Below are positions 13,181 to 26,646 of a DNA stretch of 64,000 nt, in pieces. The DNA comes from Nemertoderma westbladi (lineage: Eukaryota; Animalia; Xenacoelomorpha), in assembly GCA_032718475.1 (NCBI GenBank), contig JAUCBJ010008242.1:77589-141588 (forward strand), given 5' to 3'. Positions within the stretch are counted from its first letter, which is position 1. Each line of letters starts with the position of its first letter. A program made the translations under genes and the position numbers. The notes beneath the pieces are model-generated. The model made no database searches and was not told the DNA's origin. It worked only from the letters and a program-made list of their open reading frames with translations.

Positions 13181-13982
13181 ATAATAAAATTTACGGGAAT
13201 AAATTTAAATTCATTTCTTTTAATGAATTTGATAAATTGTCATTTTTATACAATTTATAACATTCCCAAAATTCCATTAATTAATAGATCATGGGAGCGG
13301 AGATCCACCCTATTAAGTATATTAGTGTGCGAGAATCTCCAATATATAGTCAATAGCCGATAAAATTCATAAAATCATGTATAACGAGGAATATTGACAA
13401 TTAAAGAATTACTATTAAATAGCATCCCAGATCTGTATGCATGAGAATTACCCTAATTCTACTGCTAGCTTTCCATAATGTCATCATGGCAACAACCACG
13501 CTAGAATTAGAAGTGAGTTAAAAGAACAATAGAAAAGCTTGCCCCATTGAATAGCATAAGGAATAAATAGCACACTGCTAGTATCCAAGGATACCCAATA
13601 ATAACGTGGCATTCTGGAAGGCACTTGACTAACGGACAAATGGCCCGAATGTGTGCGGTTTGTGACAGTTGTGTGGAATTTGTGCATTTATAGGTGAATG
13701 TTACTACTAAAGTGTGTTTACAGTAGCGAGTCGCAATTGTGAAAGTAGCCCTAACTCTCCAGTAAGAACCTGAAGTAAATCTAAGCCTTTGGGACAGACG
13801 GTGGAGTGACTCGCGCTGGTTGTTGTGGTCGTTGTGCAGCTACTATGTTGGCGATAGGCACATCGGCGAAAGTACACCAGCGCTGAGGATCTTGCGCTGT
13901 CCGGGGGCCGAGAGGGGTAGGCAGCGACGCCCTCTAGCCTAATTATAACTAATTATAATATTGATAAACTCATATAGCAGCT

Positions 13983-15522
13983 ATGACTGAGTTGATAGAG
14001 GATGATCTTGGTATCAGGGAGAAATATACGCTACCGTTGCAAGCGTTTGTTGATAGCTTGATACGCAGCGACGCTAGTCCAACTACTACGTAGGACGGTG
14101 GTCGTTATATGATGTCCCAGGAGCAACTTACGCGTGAATTGGACTATCGAAAATTCACTGCTCGCTATACGCATCGTAATGGTACGCATTTGGACTTCTT
14201 AACTACTGGTCATCCTATCGATTTACACGATACGGACGATGTCGACACCGAAAGGGAAATGGTACTATTTAAATATCCTACCCAGCGGAGTCGGAACGAT
14301 AAACTGAAAATCGAATGCGAAAATTCTATTCGAAATCGACTCGAAAGAGAAGACGTTAAAGAACCGGACAAACGCAGTAACTCCAACGTATATTTAGAAT
14401 TCTTGAGAGAAACGTTGTAAAACCGAATAAATATCACCCGTGTTTCCCCTACAAGACTTGCGTCTTTGGTATTATTGCGATGAATGCCCAAAACCCAACC
14501 AACAAACGTAAAGATATAAACATCCGCGGAGACGTTGCTTTAAACACGGTTTTACTCGCTATATTTACGGGAGTTTCGAGCGAAACTTGTTCGATGTATC
14601 ACCTACGCTCGCTCGATTCAAACGATCCTTAAATAAACCTATGATCAGAGTTCCGGAATACTCGGTCAGACCTCCTCATTCCCTAGTTAGACCTCAGACT
14701 CTTGATCCTAATAGTATCACGGATCCTCCCGAACTGTACTCACTGTTCAAAGATCTAGTGTTACCCGAACAGTTAGTCGGTGGCACTCCGGTTGTGGGCT
14801 CCCTAAATATTCACCCATCTTACCTAGTCGGATTGGGACGCGGACATCTAATATCGCCATTCAACCGTATCATCGTCCCTGTTTAACCCGATACAACCTG
14901 TCACCAAGGCGGAGGAGAGAGTTGTATGAAACGCGTTAGACACTATTCGTCAAAAGATCGGAAAAGGAACCTACAATTGTTTAGAGAAACGTAAATTGCA
15001 GCAGCAAGTCCAAGCGGTAAACGAATTAGCTTTATCTCAGTTCGATCAGGAAATCCAGAATCTCCAAGAAGATATCGAACTTGGACGACTCTACTCTAAA
15101 AGAGTTTCAGACGAATGCTTCCAACAACAAGCGGAGGAAAATCAGCTTGAGGAGAAGCATATCGATTCCGATAGAGCCCGAGAACGCGAGTTGAAAGAAT
15201 CATCAAACCGAGGAAATTTCTCACTACACACGGTCCACCTACCGCTCTTGTGCAGACGAATCGTCAGGGACCAATAAGAGCTGCTGTCTTAAAATGCGCT
15301 CTCAAGGTTGTTCGATCTCGTTCCACTGAGGTTGATATAGATCAGCCAGGTACCTCGACCGGCGGATACATCGACTGTAATTCTAAACCTTCCGATGCAA
15401 TTATATTGCACCCTTCACCCAGGAGTTATAGCCCTCCTAGTAAAGTGGCTCGCCCCAAAGAGAAAAGGACTCTTGCTAGCCTCAAAAGACTGCGTAAACG
15501 CCGTCCGCGCAAGAAAGACTAA
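13983..15522 (+). pseudogene. Decayed ~500-codon orphan ORF, probably retroelement-associated
   Basis: Consecutive same-strand ORF pieces from the ATG at 13983 linked by stops and frameshifts. Contains YCDEC..RCFKH, a Q/E-rich coiled-coil-like stretch and a basic C-terminus. Followed by GGGAGCGG|TGTAAAG (PPT/LTR-like) at 15600. Confidence 0.45.
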
Positions 15523-15599
15523 CTGTTTAGAGTATTTTTATATTTTAGAAACTATGATTTTTATATTTTATAGAATTAAATCCCATTTTCTGGGAGCGG

Positions 15600-16474
15600 T
15601 GTAAAGGCTTTTGCGGAATTAGCTGGTTATTTTCCCCGCAAAGTACTCTGTAGGCGTTTTAGCGGACATAAAAAGCCGTTTCCTTACTGTACAGGTGTTT
15701 TAGTGGACATAAAAAGCCATTTCTTCTGTATGTGTACTTTAGCGGACATAACTAGCGATTTTATGTCACAATACGCCAAAATACTCTTGATACAGTGTAG
15801 TTCAAGATGACGACATCTATCAGCTGATATGTCCACGTGTAACTTTTTCTTTGTTCTTTGTTCGGTCGACCAATCAGAGCGATTTTCATTTATTTGTACA
15901 GAAACCTCCGGGAAATCGCGCAATGCATTATGGTTTATGTTTACCTTTTTTCCTGATGCCAGAACACCGGCTGTGGAATTATTCTGTGTTTCAGACTTTA
16001 GCCAAAACATTAGAACGGCTTTGATCATAGAAACGTATAACTGTTATTCTGCCATACCTGGCATACCAGACTTGCCGTACCTCTCACCGCATTATTTTAC
16101 TGCTATTTACTGTCGGTTATTAATTGTATCAGTTGATGGAATATTGTTATATTTGGAGAATATCGATAAATAACCATAAAACCCCAATATTCTTGATATA
16201 CTGAAGGTGAGAGACCGGTTACATATAGCAATTGCGACTTACATTAAAGTGGTTTTGGAGTGAATTTAATGCTATTTCATAGGCCCTACAGGTGTCAGTT
16301 GCTGTTCTCTTTATATGTGACTAAAATTAGTGAAGGTCGGCAGATCGGTGTGCCGCATTGTGCAGTAGTGTGCATGACTGTGACAGATAACAAAGCATCT
16401 CCTAAAGAATGCGCTTTATACGTGAATCATTAGCCATCCCGTTGTGTTTAGTGTAAGTCATAACTCTGTTTACA
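15600..16474 (+). repeat. Candidate LTR (TGTAAA...TTTACA), 3' boundary uncertain
   Basis: PPT-like tract immediately 5', internal short repeats (ttagcggacataa x3), and a matching inverted end TTTACA at ~16469-16474. Confidence 0.35.
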
Positions 16475-16764
16475 TACTTAGAGCGCCACGTCCTAAAGGA
16501 ACTGTTGATATTTCCCGAAAGTGAATAATATTTGTCAGAGATTATATATTAACGATCAATCGAATAATACAGTAGGCCTACACCGCAATAAGGTCAGAGC
16601 TTCCGAATCCAGTCTCCCGGGTAAATCCAGCGGGTGAATGGTCGCGCATAGGCTGGCTTCGGCTAATGTAGTTTTATGTGTATCAAATACTCGTCATAGG
16701 CTAAAGTCGATTTATAACCTAGAAGACACCTAAATTTGGCAGGTTAAACTGCTAAAGGTCTAAA

Positions 16765-17850
16765 AGCGCGAACAGATAGTGAGTCACCCTGAAGAACACC
16801 GCGTTGTTGGCGAATCAGATTTGTGACCTTAATGCCGTCGTAAACCCGGAAATAGTTTGAAGTCAGAGCTCTAATTATGTTAAAAAGTTTGCCTTTACGC
16901 CGCTTTTGTGTAGTTTTGATAATAGCACTGTACGACACTGATCGAATCAAACGCCTTTCGTAAGTCCACAAAGACAGCATGTGTGGCGAGATTCTGAACT
17001 AGGTGCGTTTAGCGAGGAAGCGATGTCGGAAAGGAGTAGCTCGATCGCACCGATAGTTGACCTCCCAGAGGAAAAACCGTATTGTTCAGGGGGGATTACC
17101 GAGGGATCAATGTTCCGCCGAATTCTCAAGTTTATTATGACAGTAAAAATCTTTAGGAATACACTTAACAATGCAATGCCTCTGTAATTGTCGGGACTGG
17201 AGATTGCACCTTTCCCTTTGTAGAGTATATCTAAATGGAAGGTTGCTTAGATTGAGACATGTGTTATATAAGAGAACCATGAATACGAGAACAAACGGTG
17301 CCGATTGTTTCAGATGTTCATAGTAGATCCGATCTGGACCACTGGCTTTATTGTTGGAAGAGTTGGTTAATACCCTCTGAATCTCCACTTCTGAGATCGG
17401 ATCGTTAAACCACTCCGACTCTTCCAGTTCGGAGCTGGTAGTTATTGGGATGGGAGGAGCGTTCGATGGCTCATTGCTCATTCCAAGAACAGAGCGAAAG
17501 TGACTCTCGAGTCGCGTTGATTCGATGGGTGCGATTGTTGGTTTATATTCCTTCAGTAGGTTCCATGGTTTTACATGGAGTGTGTTCTCCTCGAATAATT
17601 CACGTTTCCGTTTAACGAGGAGTTTATATTCCTTCCGAAGATTCCAATAACGTTGTCTGTCCACCTCGGAGTTTTGTCGAAGCAGCATGACATTCATTAC
17701 GGTTTCCTTTAGATTTTTACAATGAGAGTCAAACCATGGCTTTCCATAATGGGAGTGACTTTGTTTTGGCACAGTTGATTTGATGAGTGCACTTGTTAGG
17801 ATCTCCGTAGCGTTATCGATATCATTCACATTGAGGATTGTGTATTGCAA
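16765..17850 (-). mobile_element. LINE ORF2 reverse-transcriptase fragment
   Basis: KPWFDSHC, KASGPDRIYYEHLK, EQYGFSSGRSTI and GVLQGDSLS in frameshifted pieces. Confidence 0.88.
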
Positions 17851-18386
17851 GTAGATAGGTCTACCTATTGACTGACTGAACTGATAGTAAACTACTGTAA
17901 GTTATAGGTTATACAGTAGCTATGTATTGTAACTGTACGTATAGGTATACTGTAGGTAACTTGTAAGATTTTATCATAAAATAATATAATGTCTGAGAGG
18001 CAGTTGACATGTCCATTGAAGTTTGCTTCTGAAACCGCACTATCGTATAACAAGACTAGAGACCATAAGGACGTTAACTACGTTACAGTTGAAGTACGGC
18101 GAGGTTTATTACTGTCGAAAACTATTAAATTATATATAGGCCCTATTTTCGCCGTGGATGCTGTGGTTCCGACGGCAGATCTCTGCAACTGCAGTATCGT
18201 AACCGGTACTATGGTGGGTCAACATCTACCCATACAAGCGCTCACCGGCATTGTTCGATCTGTTATCAAACTTTCGGTTTCCGTTCACATTATTAACGAC
18301 ACTTCGTGAAGTCCCATTGCCTGACTGCATTACTTCCAATAAAATGTGCGCCAAATAGTGTATTTAAACCGCGGCGGGTCCGAAAT

Positions 18387-19050
18387 ACTACTACTACTAG
18401 GATCGGCATGCTGCATTGCAGCTGCATTTTTAAGAATGCTGTGCCGGCTTGTCAACAAAATTGCACCGCCACAACTCCCTATCACCCATGACATTTGCTA
18501 GATCATCCACATCTTTAAGGCCAGTGTCCTTTAAGATGCGTCTCAAGAAAGTCATGGGCTGTCCACCATGCTTATTCACTCCATGAGGCTGCCAAAGTAC
18601 AAGATTATGCACTGGCTGGTCCTCACGGCGAAAGCAATGTCCTGCAAAGCGGAGGCGATTTTGTTCTAGTGTCAAGCTTGGGGGAACCAATGAGACACCT
18701 CCAATGTTATATAGTGTCTGGTTGGAGATGTGTGCATTGTACTTGACACAATGAACCCGGCGTAGCATTCTTGTGAATGTGCCATCCAGAGATTTGGTGT
18801 CCTCAGCAGTTAGAGCCCAGCATGGACTCCCGTAGAGGAGTACTGGAACTACTGCTGCTCTAAATAATCGGACCTTAAGTTTCCGATTAATTCTCGGTGA
18901 CTTCCAAATCCTGGAAAGCCTATTCAAGGCTGCCCATGCCTTTCCCTTACGTATTCGAAGGTCCTCACCTGACTTCCGGATCCATGATCCCAGGTAACAG
19001 AAGTCGTCCACATGCTCAAGCATACCATCCTTTGAGCTTATGCTCATCCG
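18387..19050 (-). mobile_element. 5'-truncated RTE-like LINE (ORF2 C-terminus and tail)
   Basis: VDDFCYLGSWI, LLYGSPCW and RLRFAGHCFR, with a short 3' UTR ending in (TAG)n at ~18387-18400. Confidence 0.88.
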
Positions 19051-19479
19051 ATCAGAGACTTGCTGATGACTTTCAAAGTCCGAAATAGCGCCAATACCAA
19101 CCTACCGGTACTAGAAAATTAAAAAATAAAAGTAAAAAAACCCTGATATTTAATTGAAACATCTCATTAGTTTGGATTTGGAACATAATACTAGAAATTA
19201 TTGTTCGGCCTACAGTATTCGTATAATCGGCGGAGAATTTTATTTATTTGTGTGGAATTAATTTCGCACTACCAAATCGTCAGTGCGACATATTTTCCAG
19301 CTTTATATCGCAGTATCGCAGTGCGACATTATTTCTCAGTTTGTCCCTACTGTACGTCATACATTTTACTATGATGTCCAGTATGTCACAGCGTCATTCA
19401 GTCATTATTAAAAGGTTTCTCTAGAAAGTTTGAGTGCATAACTACAAATAATTCCCCCCACAAATAAATAAAAGTTGAT

Positions 19480-19625
19480 TCGCCATTGTTCAAAATTAGC
19501 ACATTAAAGCTTTTACCACCCTCGTTATATTATTTCCCTCGCCGTCGCTCGGGAAACAAAATCGCTCGTGCCGTAACGCTATAATGCGCTATTTTTTAAA
19601 CAATGACGTATTTATTATAGTTAAT
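19480..19625. mobile_element. Small palindromic non-autonomous element (possibly Crypton-like)
   Basis: Imperfect foldback cattgtt.aaaa.tagc.catta...ccctcgccgtcgctcggg...taatgcgcta.tttt.aacaatg. Class assignment is by resemblance only. Confidence 0.35.
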
Positions 19626-19897
19626 ATCATTTCATCAATGTGTCAACATGTCAATAATTAACAATTCAATATACTGTATGTATGTATTACTGTATTATTG
19701 ATATACAATATTTGTATATTTGATATACAATTATTGTATTATACAGTGTATTTATGTGGTGTTCTTTTGACTTTTAAGAAACACACAAAACTCAAATTGA
19801 ATCAATTCATCTTTTGACTTTTAAGAAACACACAAAACTCAAATTTAATCAATTTTTAACAATACAAAATGTAAAAGAAACGTGAGCGAAATTTTTT

Positions 19898-20468
19898 GTG
19901 GCAAATTCTTGTTTTCACTTCTGCACTCACTTTAAGAGCTTTGAGAGCACGAGGACGAGCTTTGAGAGCCCTGTCGCTCCATGCCAGGGCACTCGAATTA
20001 CTCTTACTTCGCGACAGATATATTCACCTAACTGGTGTATTTATTGCAGTCGGATCCATTGGAAGCATGGCATCCTTGTTGATGGTGTTATATCTTTACC
20101 GTGCCGCATTATTCATAGCGTAGATACTCATCGAAATCAAAGATCCCTCCAATTTCACTGTCCGTTTATTGAATGTTTACAAACAATTTCTGGTAAACAA
20201 AATTTTTTGTTGCATTTATCGACCATCCACAATGCAATATACAGCAAAATCGACAAGAGTTTAGTTTATATTGTACGGCAGGTGTCCGTTTGAGTATGAC
20301 GTTGCTGTATCCTCTGCTAGAATTAATAATGTCGCAACATGTAGCAGTTATACCAGCGCCAGCCAAGATAACTCCAGCGCGAATATAGCCTTCCCTATGG
20401 ACGTTGAAGAAGACCAGTCCCAGCGTCAAGAGTGGTCGGAACTTTTGTTGAACTCTGTACTAGACTGA
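19898..20468 (+). pseudogene. Decayed C2H2 zinc-finger ORF fragment
   Basis: CPFIECLQTISGKQNFLLHLSTIH fits C-x4-C-x12-H-x4-H, with a second CIYC upstream. No ATG; frameshift near 20270. Confidence 0.4.
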
Positions 20469-20708
20469 AATTTAGTAAATCGGCAGTGATCCCAACATTT
20501 ACAGTACCTATTTTTAATCTCCCTTTCAAACACTTACCCATTTTTAATCTGTCCAACTTACCTATTTTTATTATGGAATTTACCCCTTCTCCACCCCAGG
20601 GTAGTGTACTCGGTCCCTGTACTCCTTAAATATAGCTAGATAGCGATAATAAATAAAATAATACATTATACTGTATAGGCCTAATACTGTATGGGGACTT
20701 GGTATGTA

Positions 20709-20912
20709 TGTTGTTGTTATAATCCTCCATTTATATTGACACAACGATAATAAAATATGCATAACTTTACAAGCTATGTCCTACGTACCGGTAACTCATA
20801 CTGCAGCCTGTCCAAGGGTTCAGATCAGGCAGTCTGATAGTTGATCCTCTGGGGCGAGCCATATATCCGCGATGTGCTTTTATACATCGTAGTCATTGTG
20901 CATAATACGACA
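20709..20912 (-). repeat. Gypsy 3' LTR
   Basis: Matches 25741-25944 with 2 substitutions by eye. Confidence 0.97.
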
Positions 20913-21092
20913 CCCCCTTTCGAGCTCGTTGCAACCCATATGTAGCACCGAGCTTAGTGCGAACTAAAACCGATGTGAATTCTGGGTCTATCAGTTTGTA
21001 CTCATAGTTTGGGTTTGACCCGTCTCGTATACTTTTTGTTCGGATATAGACACTACGCGCCTACTAAGTTTCCCATTTAAGTGGAGCCTTGT

Positions 21093-24000
21093 TCACCAGA
21101 AAAGTGTGAAAAGTTTTATGAATATAACTTGTGAGGGGCCGCGCTGTAGATCCGGGTTGGGATTTCGTACGTATTGTGGCCACGCCTGGTGTTGAGCCAA
21201 ATCTGTCCGGAATTTTCCGATTTCGCGATTCCGAATTTCGGTTGGGCCAGGTACAGATTCAGGGCCCGGTGTCCGAGAACGATTTCCGTATCTTGGACCC
21301 CCCTCAGCTTCGGTAACCGAGGGGTCTCGCCGGGAATGTGATGATAGCTCGGGTGAACTATCCGGAGGGGGCGGTGAAGCTGGGTTTGGATTTTCGGATG
21401 ACGTGTCCGGAATAATTAGTCTCCTATTCCGGATGAGAACGCGTCCGGATGGTGTCCGGATGGAAAACTTGCGGTTCTCACCTGCCTCCGCGACTATTCC
21501 GCGCCGATCCCATCGCCGTGTCTTTTGGTTCTGAATAAGTATGGGGGTTCCAACAGTTATTTCAGACAGGCTACGAGAGCGTCGGTTGTATCTTGCAATG
21601 CGTTTATTTCGGACACTTGGCGATGTCTCGTCTAGAAGTGTCCGGGTTTGTTGGACTTGGGTAGAAAACGCTGAGTGATGAGCTGGTACGCGCGATCGTA
21701 ATGGATGGCCAAACACCACTTCAGCAGGTGATAAACCGGTTTCTCGGGGCGCGTTACGCAATTCTAAGAGGCCGTCGCGGAAAGCATCGCTATCAATGTT
21801 GCCACCCGACTTGTCAAGGAGACGTTTAAGGGCCTTGACCGCGGCCTCAGCATGCCCGTTGCCCTGAGGGTATTCAGCTCAGGAAGTGACGGGTTTAACA
21901 CCCCAGTTACTCAGGAATTGAGTGAACGCATGAGCAGTAAATTGCGTGCCTCCGTCTGATCGTAACCGTGTTGGAACGCCGTATTGGACAAACCAGTTCT
22001 TTAGAGCCATAATTGTATGTGTGGCGTCAGGTGGCGTATTGAATTTAACGATGTCGGGCCACCCGGAATACCGGTCCACCAAAGCGAGATAGTTCTTCCC
22101 ACTCAGCATGAAGAAATCTCCGCTAATATCTTCGAAAGGACGGGTTGGTTGTCCCTCAATGAAGTAAGGTTCCTGGATCTGAGATGGACGCATCTCGAGG
22201 CAGGTGTGGCATTGCGCCACAGTTTGTTTAATGTCATTAGTTATTCCGGGCCAATAAACACATTGGCGAGCACGGCGGAGTGTTTTTTCGATGCCTTGGT
22301 GGGATGCATGCAGTTGGGATAGGGTGTCCTTGCGGGCAGCAAATGGTATCACGATACGGTGGCCCAATAGCACCAGACCATCCGAGGTGGTCAACTGGTC
22401 GCGCGTAGACCAGTATTGTAAGGCGCTGGGTTTCGTACGGGACTCTGGCGGGAAACCCTGCTCGACGGCGCGAATGAGTTCCATATACAGGGGGTCAGCA
22501 GCTGCTAAGCTCGACAGTTTGGTAAGTACTGGGTCCGCGAGTGTGGCACTGTCGCCACCGGCAATTGTGGCAGCGGTCTGGCGAGTGACGGCACGTACAT
22601 AGTGCGCCATCTCGCCGTCATCCACGATGTCGTCGTCCGACGGGTTGTCGACAGGCGCGAGTGAAAGCGCGTCTGGGATGCGGTGATTTGTGCCTTTAAC
22701 CCATACAGTTGTGAACGTATATGGGGCGAGCCTCGCTTTTAGGCGCTGTATACGGGAATTATCAGTTGCATCGATAGTTTGATTATTAAGTATCGACACG
22801 AGCGGTTTATGATCCACGAGCACCTCGAAATCAGGTAAACCGAGTAGATAAAGTCGGCATTTAGTTATTGCCCAAGCAACGGCGAGCAATTCTAACTCTA
22901 CCATGGCGTATCGCGCCTCAGTTGGAGTGGTGAAACGCGATCCACACTCGACTAAGCGCCAGACGTCGCCATGGAGCTGGAGGAGGGCATATCCGAGTCC
23001 ATGTAGACGGGACGCATCGGTAGACAATCTGGTTGGCAGTACGGTGTCGAAAGGAGCTAGGATTGGCGTAGTAGTAAGGGCCAATTTAGTCGCTTCAAAT
23101 GCCCGCTGCTGATCTGGAGTCCAGATGTATTGAGCCTTTGGGCTCAATAGGGGTCGCAGTGGCGCCATTATGGACGCTAATGAGTCCGTAAATGGAGCTA
23201 ATTGCTCCGCCAATCCGATGAAACTCCTTAAATCCGTGATATTATGTGGACATGGGAAGGCTGAGATCGCTTTTAATTTGTTAGGATCGGAATGAATGCC
23301 CTCCCCACTGACTATATAGCCCGCAAACTTAACTGAGGGCTGAGCGAGTTGAATTTTTCGCGGGTTCAAAGTAATGCCATGGTCCCGGCATCGTTGTAAT
23401 ACATCACGGATGGCTAGAAGATGGTTTTCTAGAGTATCGCTGTAAATGATAATGTCATCTACGAGTTTAGTAACACCCCGGAGTCCCCGAAGTGCGTCGT
23501 CGCCCCGGCGGTTAAACTCGTCTCCAGAGGATACGAGTCCCATGACGCTCCTTAGGAATTTAAAACGCCCCCATGGCGTCATAAACGTTGTGAGTTCCTG
23601 AGAGGCGGGGTCCAAGGGAATCTGCCAATAACCAGATGCGGCATCCAGGACAGTGAATATCCTGGCCGTGTTGTCTATTCCCGCCACAACCGTACGTGGT
23701 GACGGGGTTGGGTAGTACGGGCGGCGAACCTGGTCGTTCAGGCGACGCAAATCAACACAGAGGCGCAACTGACCGCTGGGCTTACGGGTGACTGTCATAG
23801 GGTGAGCCCAGTCAGTCGGAGTATCGATTCGTTCGATGACTCGGCGCGATGTAAGTTTATCGAGTAGTTGCTTCACTTCATCGCGCAGAGCGAATGGAAT
23901 CGGGCGCGCGCCATTTACGTGATATGGAGTGGCGTTGCCTTTCAAAAGGATATGCATAGGTGGGCCGTCCATGGGGCGTAATGGGGCGGAATCGTCGTCG

Positions 24001-25664
24001 AACACGTCCATGAACTCGCGCAGTAGCTGCATTGCAGGCGTGTTTGGAGATGAAGACTCGCTAGGTTTACGAGAAATACAGGAACTAAGCGTCCCACACG
24101 AATGCATTGCGGTTGGGATCGGGACGATTTGTGCGGGGAAGTTACGGCGAAGAATCCCCAAGTCAGTGATGACGGCGCGTGACAGTATCATACCGTCTAC
24201 CTCGGGTGCAACCACAATCTGTGTAGTTGCACGGACACCGTTGTATGATACAGCAGCATCGAACCTCCCAATAGTTTCCAGAGGTAAACCATCGGCAGCC
24301 AGGAGATTTAAATACACGGTTGTACGAAGATTGCACCGTTTACCCCCGAGTTGTGCGAATAGTTTCCCGCTAAGAAGAGTAGCACAGGCGCCGCTGTCAG
24401 GAAGCGCACGATGTACCTTACCGAGGGACTCGTCCAAGTTTGTGTCCTCGATGGTGATTGAAATGTACAACAGTTTACAAATCGCGTCGTCCCCATTGTC
24501 GCTGGAAGACGAGGTTGCGGCAATAATGGTTGAAACGCGTCCGTTTCGTCCGCTAGGTTTAGAAGAGGAGGACCGGCACAACTTTTTTATAGTGGCCCAA
24601 TCGCCCACAGTTGAGACATGTGGCAGACCGGGCTGGGCAATTATCTTTATTAGAGTGCGGTTTACCACCGCAATTGCGGCATTTATCCGAAGTGGAATTG
24701 GGGGAGAAAGTTTTATTCGACTTTGACTCCGAGTTTGGGGGTCGACCCACTGAGTTGCTCCTGGACTGTTTATAGTTTGAAACCTTAGAGACAGGAGGTT
24801 TGCCGGAAGCGAGAACGGATTCATTGCGTTCGCTATTTTCCATGGCCTGACAGATACGCACGCAATCGTCCAGGCCGGGTGCCGGAAGAATCTTCAGCAA
24901 CTCGGAGCGAGTTTCGGGATGACGGAGGCCGACCAGAATCTGAGTAACCATCTGGGTTTCACGGCAATGCCCACATATCTCCGCGTTGTCAGCAAGATCG
25001 TCCAACGCAACCCGGAAGGAATCGAATGTTTCCCGTGGTTGCTGTTTCCGTTCACGGAAACGTATTGCGTCTACAGCAACTGATCGCTTGTTGCGTAGAT
25101 GCTGTAGGAGTCTGTCGAGAATTACCTCAGTTGATATCGTAATGTCATCAACATCAATGCGCAGTGACACTCTAATAAGGTCCTGTAACTGTGAACCGAG
25201 AGCTGTCACTAAAGTGTACACCTGGACCGATCGATCGAAACACTCCAGTTGTTCGCGCAAGGCAAAAACTCGCCAGTGTTGTCTCCAACGCTGGAAACGG
25301 ACATAATCGACATCGCCGTCGATTTTTTCCAAAACCGATGTGTCCGGAACCCTTCGGCGTGGGGTAGACAATGGTGGAACCGGTACTGGTGTACCGGTAC
25401 CGGTCCCGGTAGGCCCGTCGGTACCGGTAAGCGGAGGTATGGCGGTGATGTCGCGGAAGGTAACGCCGTAGGTTTAATCGCCGTCATAAAGGCGTCCATT
25501 TTCTCTGCCATATCAGCAGAAAAATAACGCAACATATTGTCGAGGCGCTCCGTCATACGGGCCTCGGTGTCCGAAATCTGGTTAGTGATGGCTGACTCGA
25601 TTTCGGCGGATATAGTCGGTAGATCGTCGTCATCCGTGGCGGTTGGTTTCTTCCGGGGCGGCAT
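21093..25664 (-). pseudogene. Gypsy gag-pol single ORF with three lesions
   Basis: Frameshift near 25390; a +1 A in an A6 run at ~24585 splits the knuckle [16 protein letters not shown]; in-frame TGA at 21879 within S*AEYPQGNGHAE. Confidence 0.92.
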
Positions 25665-25740
25665 CTTTGGCCTATTAATGTTATTTATCGTCTATGGTTT
25701 TACCGCACGTCCCATTTAGACGATCCTACACACTGCGCCA

Positions 25741-25944
25741 TGTTGTTGTTATAATCCTCCGTTTATATTGACACAACGATAATAAAATATGCATAACTTT
25801 ACATGCTATGTCCTACGTACCGGTAACTCATACTGCAGCCTGTCCAAGGGTTCAGATCAGGCAGTCTGATAGTTGATCCTCTGGGGCGAGCCATATATCC
25901 GCGATGTGCTTTTATACATCGTAGTCATTGTGCATAATACGACA
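25741..25944 (-). repeat. Gypsy 5' LTR
   Basis: Matches 20709-20912 and is directly followed by the PBS on the minus strand. Confidence 0.97.
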
Positions 25945-25982
25945 GTATGTATATAAAATCTATGGGAAAAACACTATAGAGT

Positions 25983-26646
25983 CTTACCCCACAAACTAAC
26001 AAATAACATAGAATAAGAGGACATTACGCCCAAAGTAGTGCTCAGCCCTAAGCCAGATAACTGCAAATTGTAAAATCGAATATATTTTTTATACTGGGTG
26101 TGTTTGCCCCAGCAACCTACCAGTTTTTCCATTGGTATCATTGATTTACTTACTGTATAGGGTTATAATGTTCTGTGGTGTGACGTCTGTTTGGGATAGG
26201 TGGTAACAGAGTTCATTGTGCGATTTTTTAGGTCATTGCATTGGTGCAATATATAGATAGGCTTGGCTAATTCCCTGTCCAGCTGACGATGGTGTCGAGG
26301 ATTAGCGGCTACTGGTCCTAAACACCGAAACGCAACCAAATTTTTCACAAATTAATTATTTTTGCCCTAGTCCTACCTCTTTCACGGCGACAAAGTTGTC
26401 ATATATTATCTTATAGAATATAGGATTAGTTTTTGTGCAGTATATACTACCGGTATTATTTAGTGTACTGTATGGCGGTTAGGTTAGGGTGCTATAATAC
26501 ATACTTGTATGTTGAGCATGTTTTAACATATTTGTTTTTTGTTTATGTCGTTTTTGTTTGTATTGTTTGTGTTGTTTTTTGATGGCCTACTTTGGGCGTA
26601 ATGTCCTGTGTCCTGATCCTATGTTTTTTGTCAGTTTATGGGGTAT
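25983..26646. mobile_element. Old MITE with imperfect TIRs
   Basis: aggacattacgcccaaagtag (~26018) and ctactttgggcgtaatgtcct (~26587) are inverted copies; similarity extends outwards to tacccca / tggggta. Confidence 0.6.

Larger units (their letters stand above)
20709..25944 (-). mobile_element. Full-length Ty3/Gypsy (Mag-like) LTR retrotransposon
   Basis: Two 204-bp TG..CA LTRs, PBS TGGCGCAGTGTGTAGG abutting the 5' LTR (tRNA-Ser-like), PPT AAAGGGGG abutting the 3' LTR, and order gag/CCHC-PR(PDSG)-RT(LVDD)-RNaseH(TDAS)-IN(SDGG). Confidence 0.97.
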
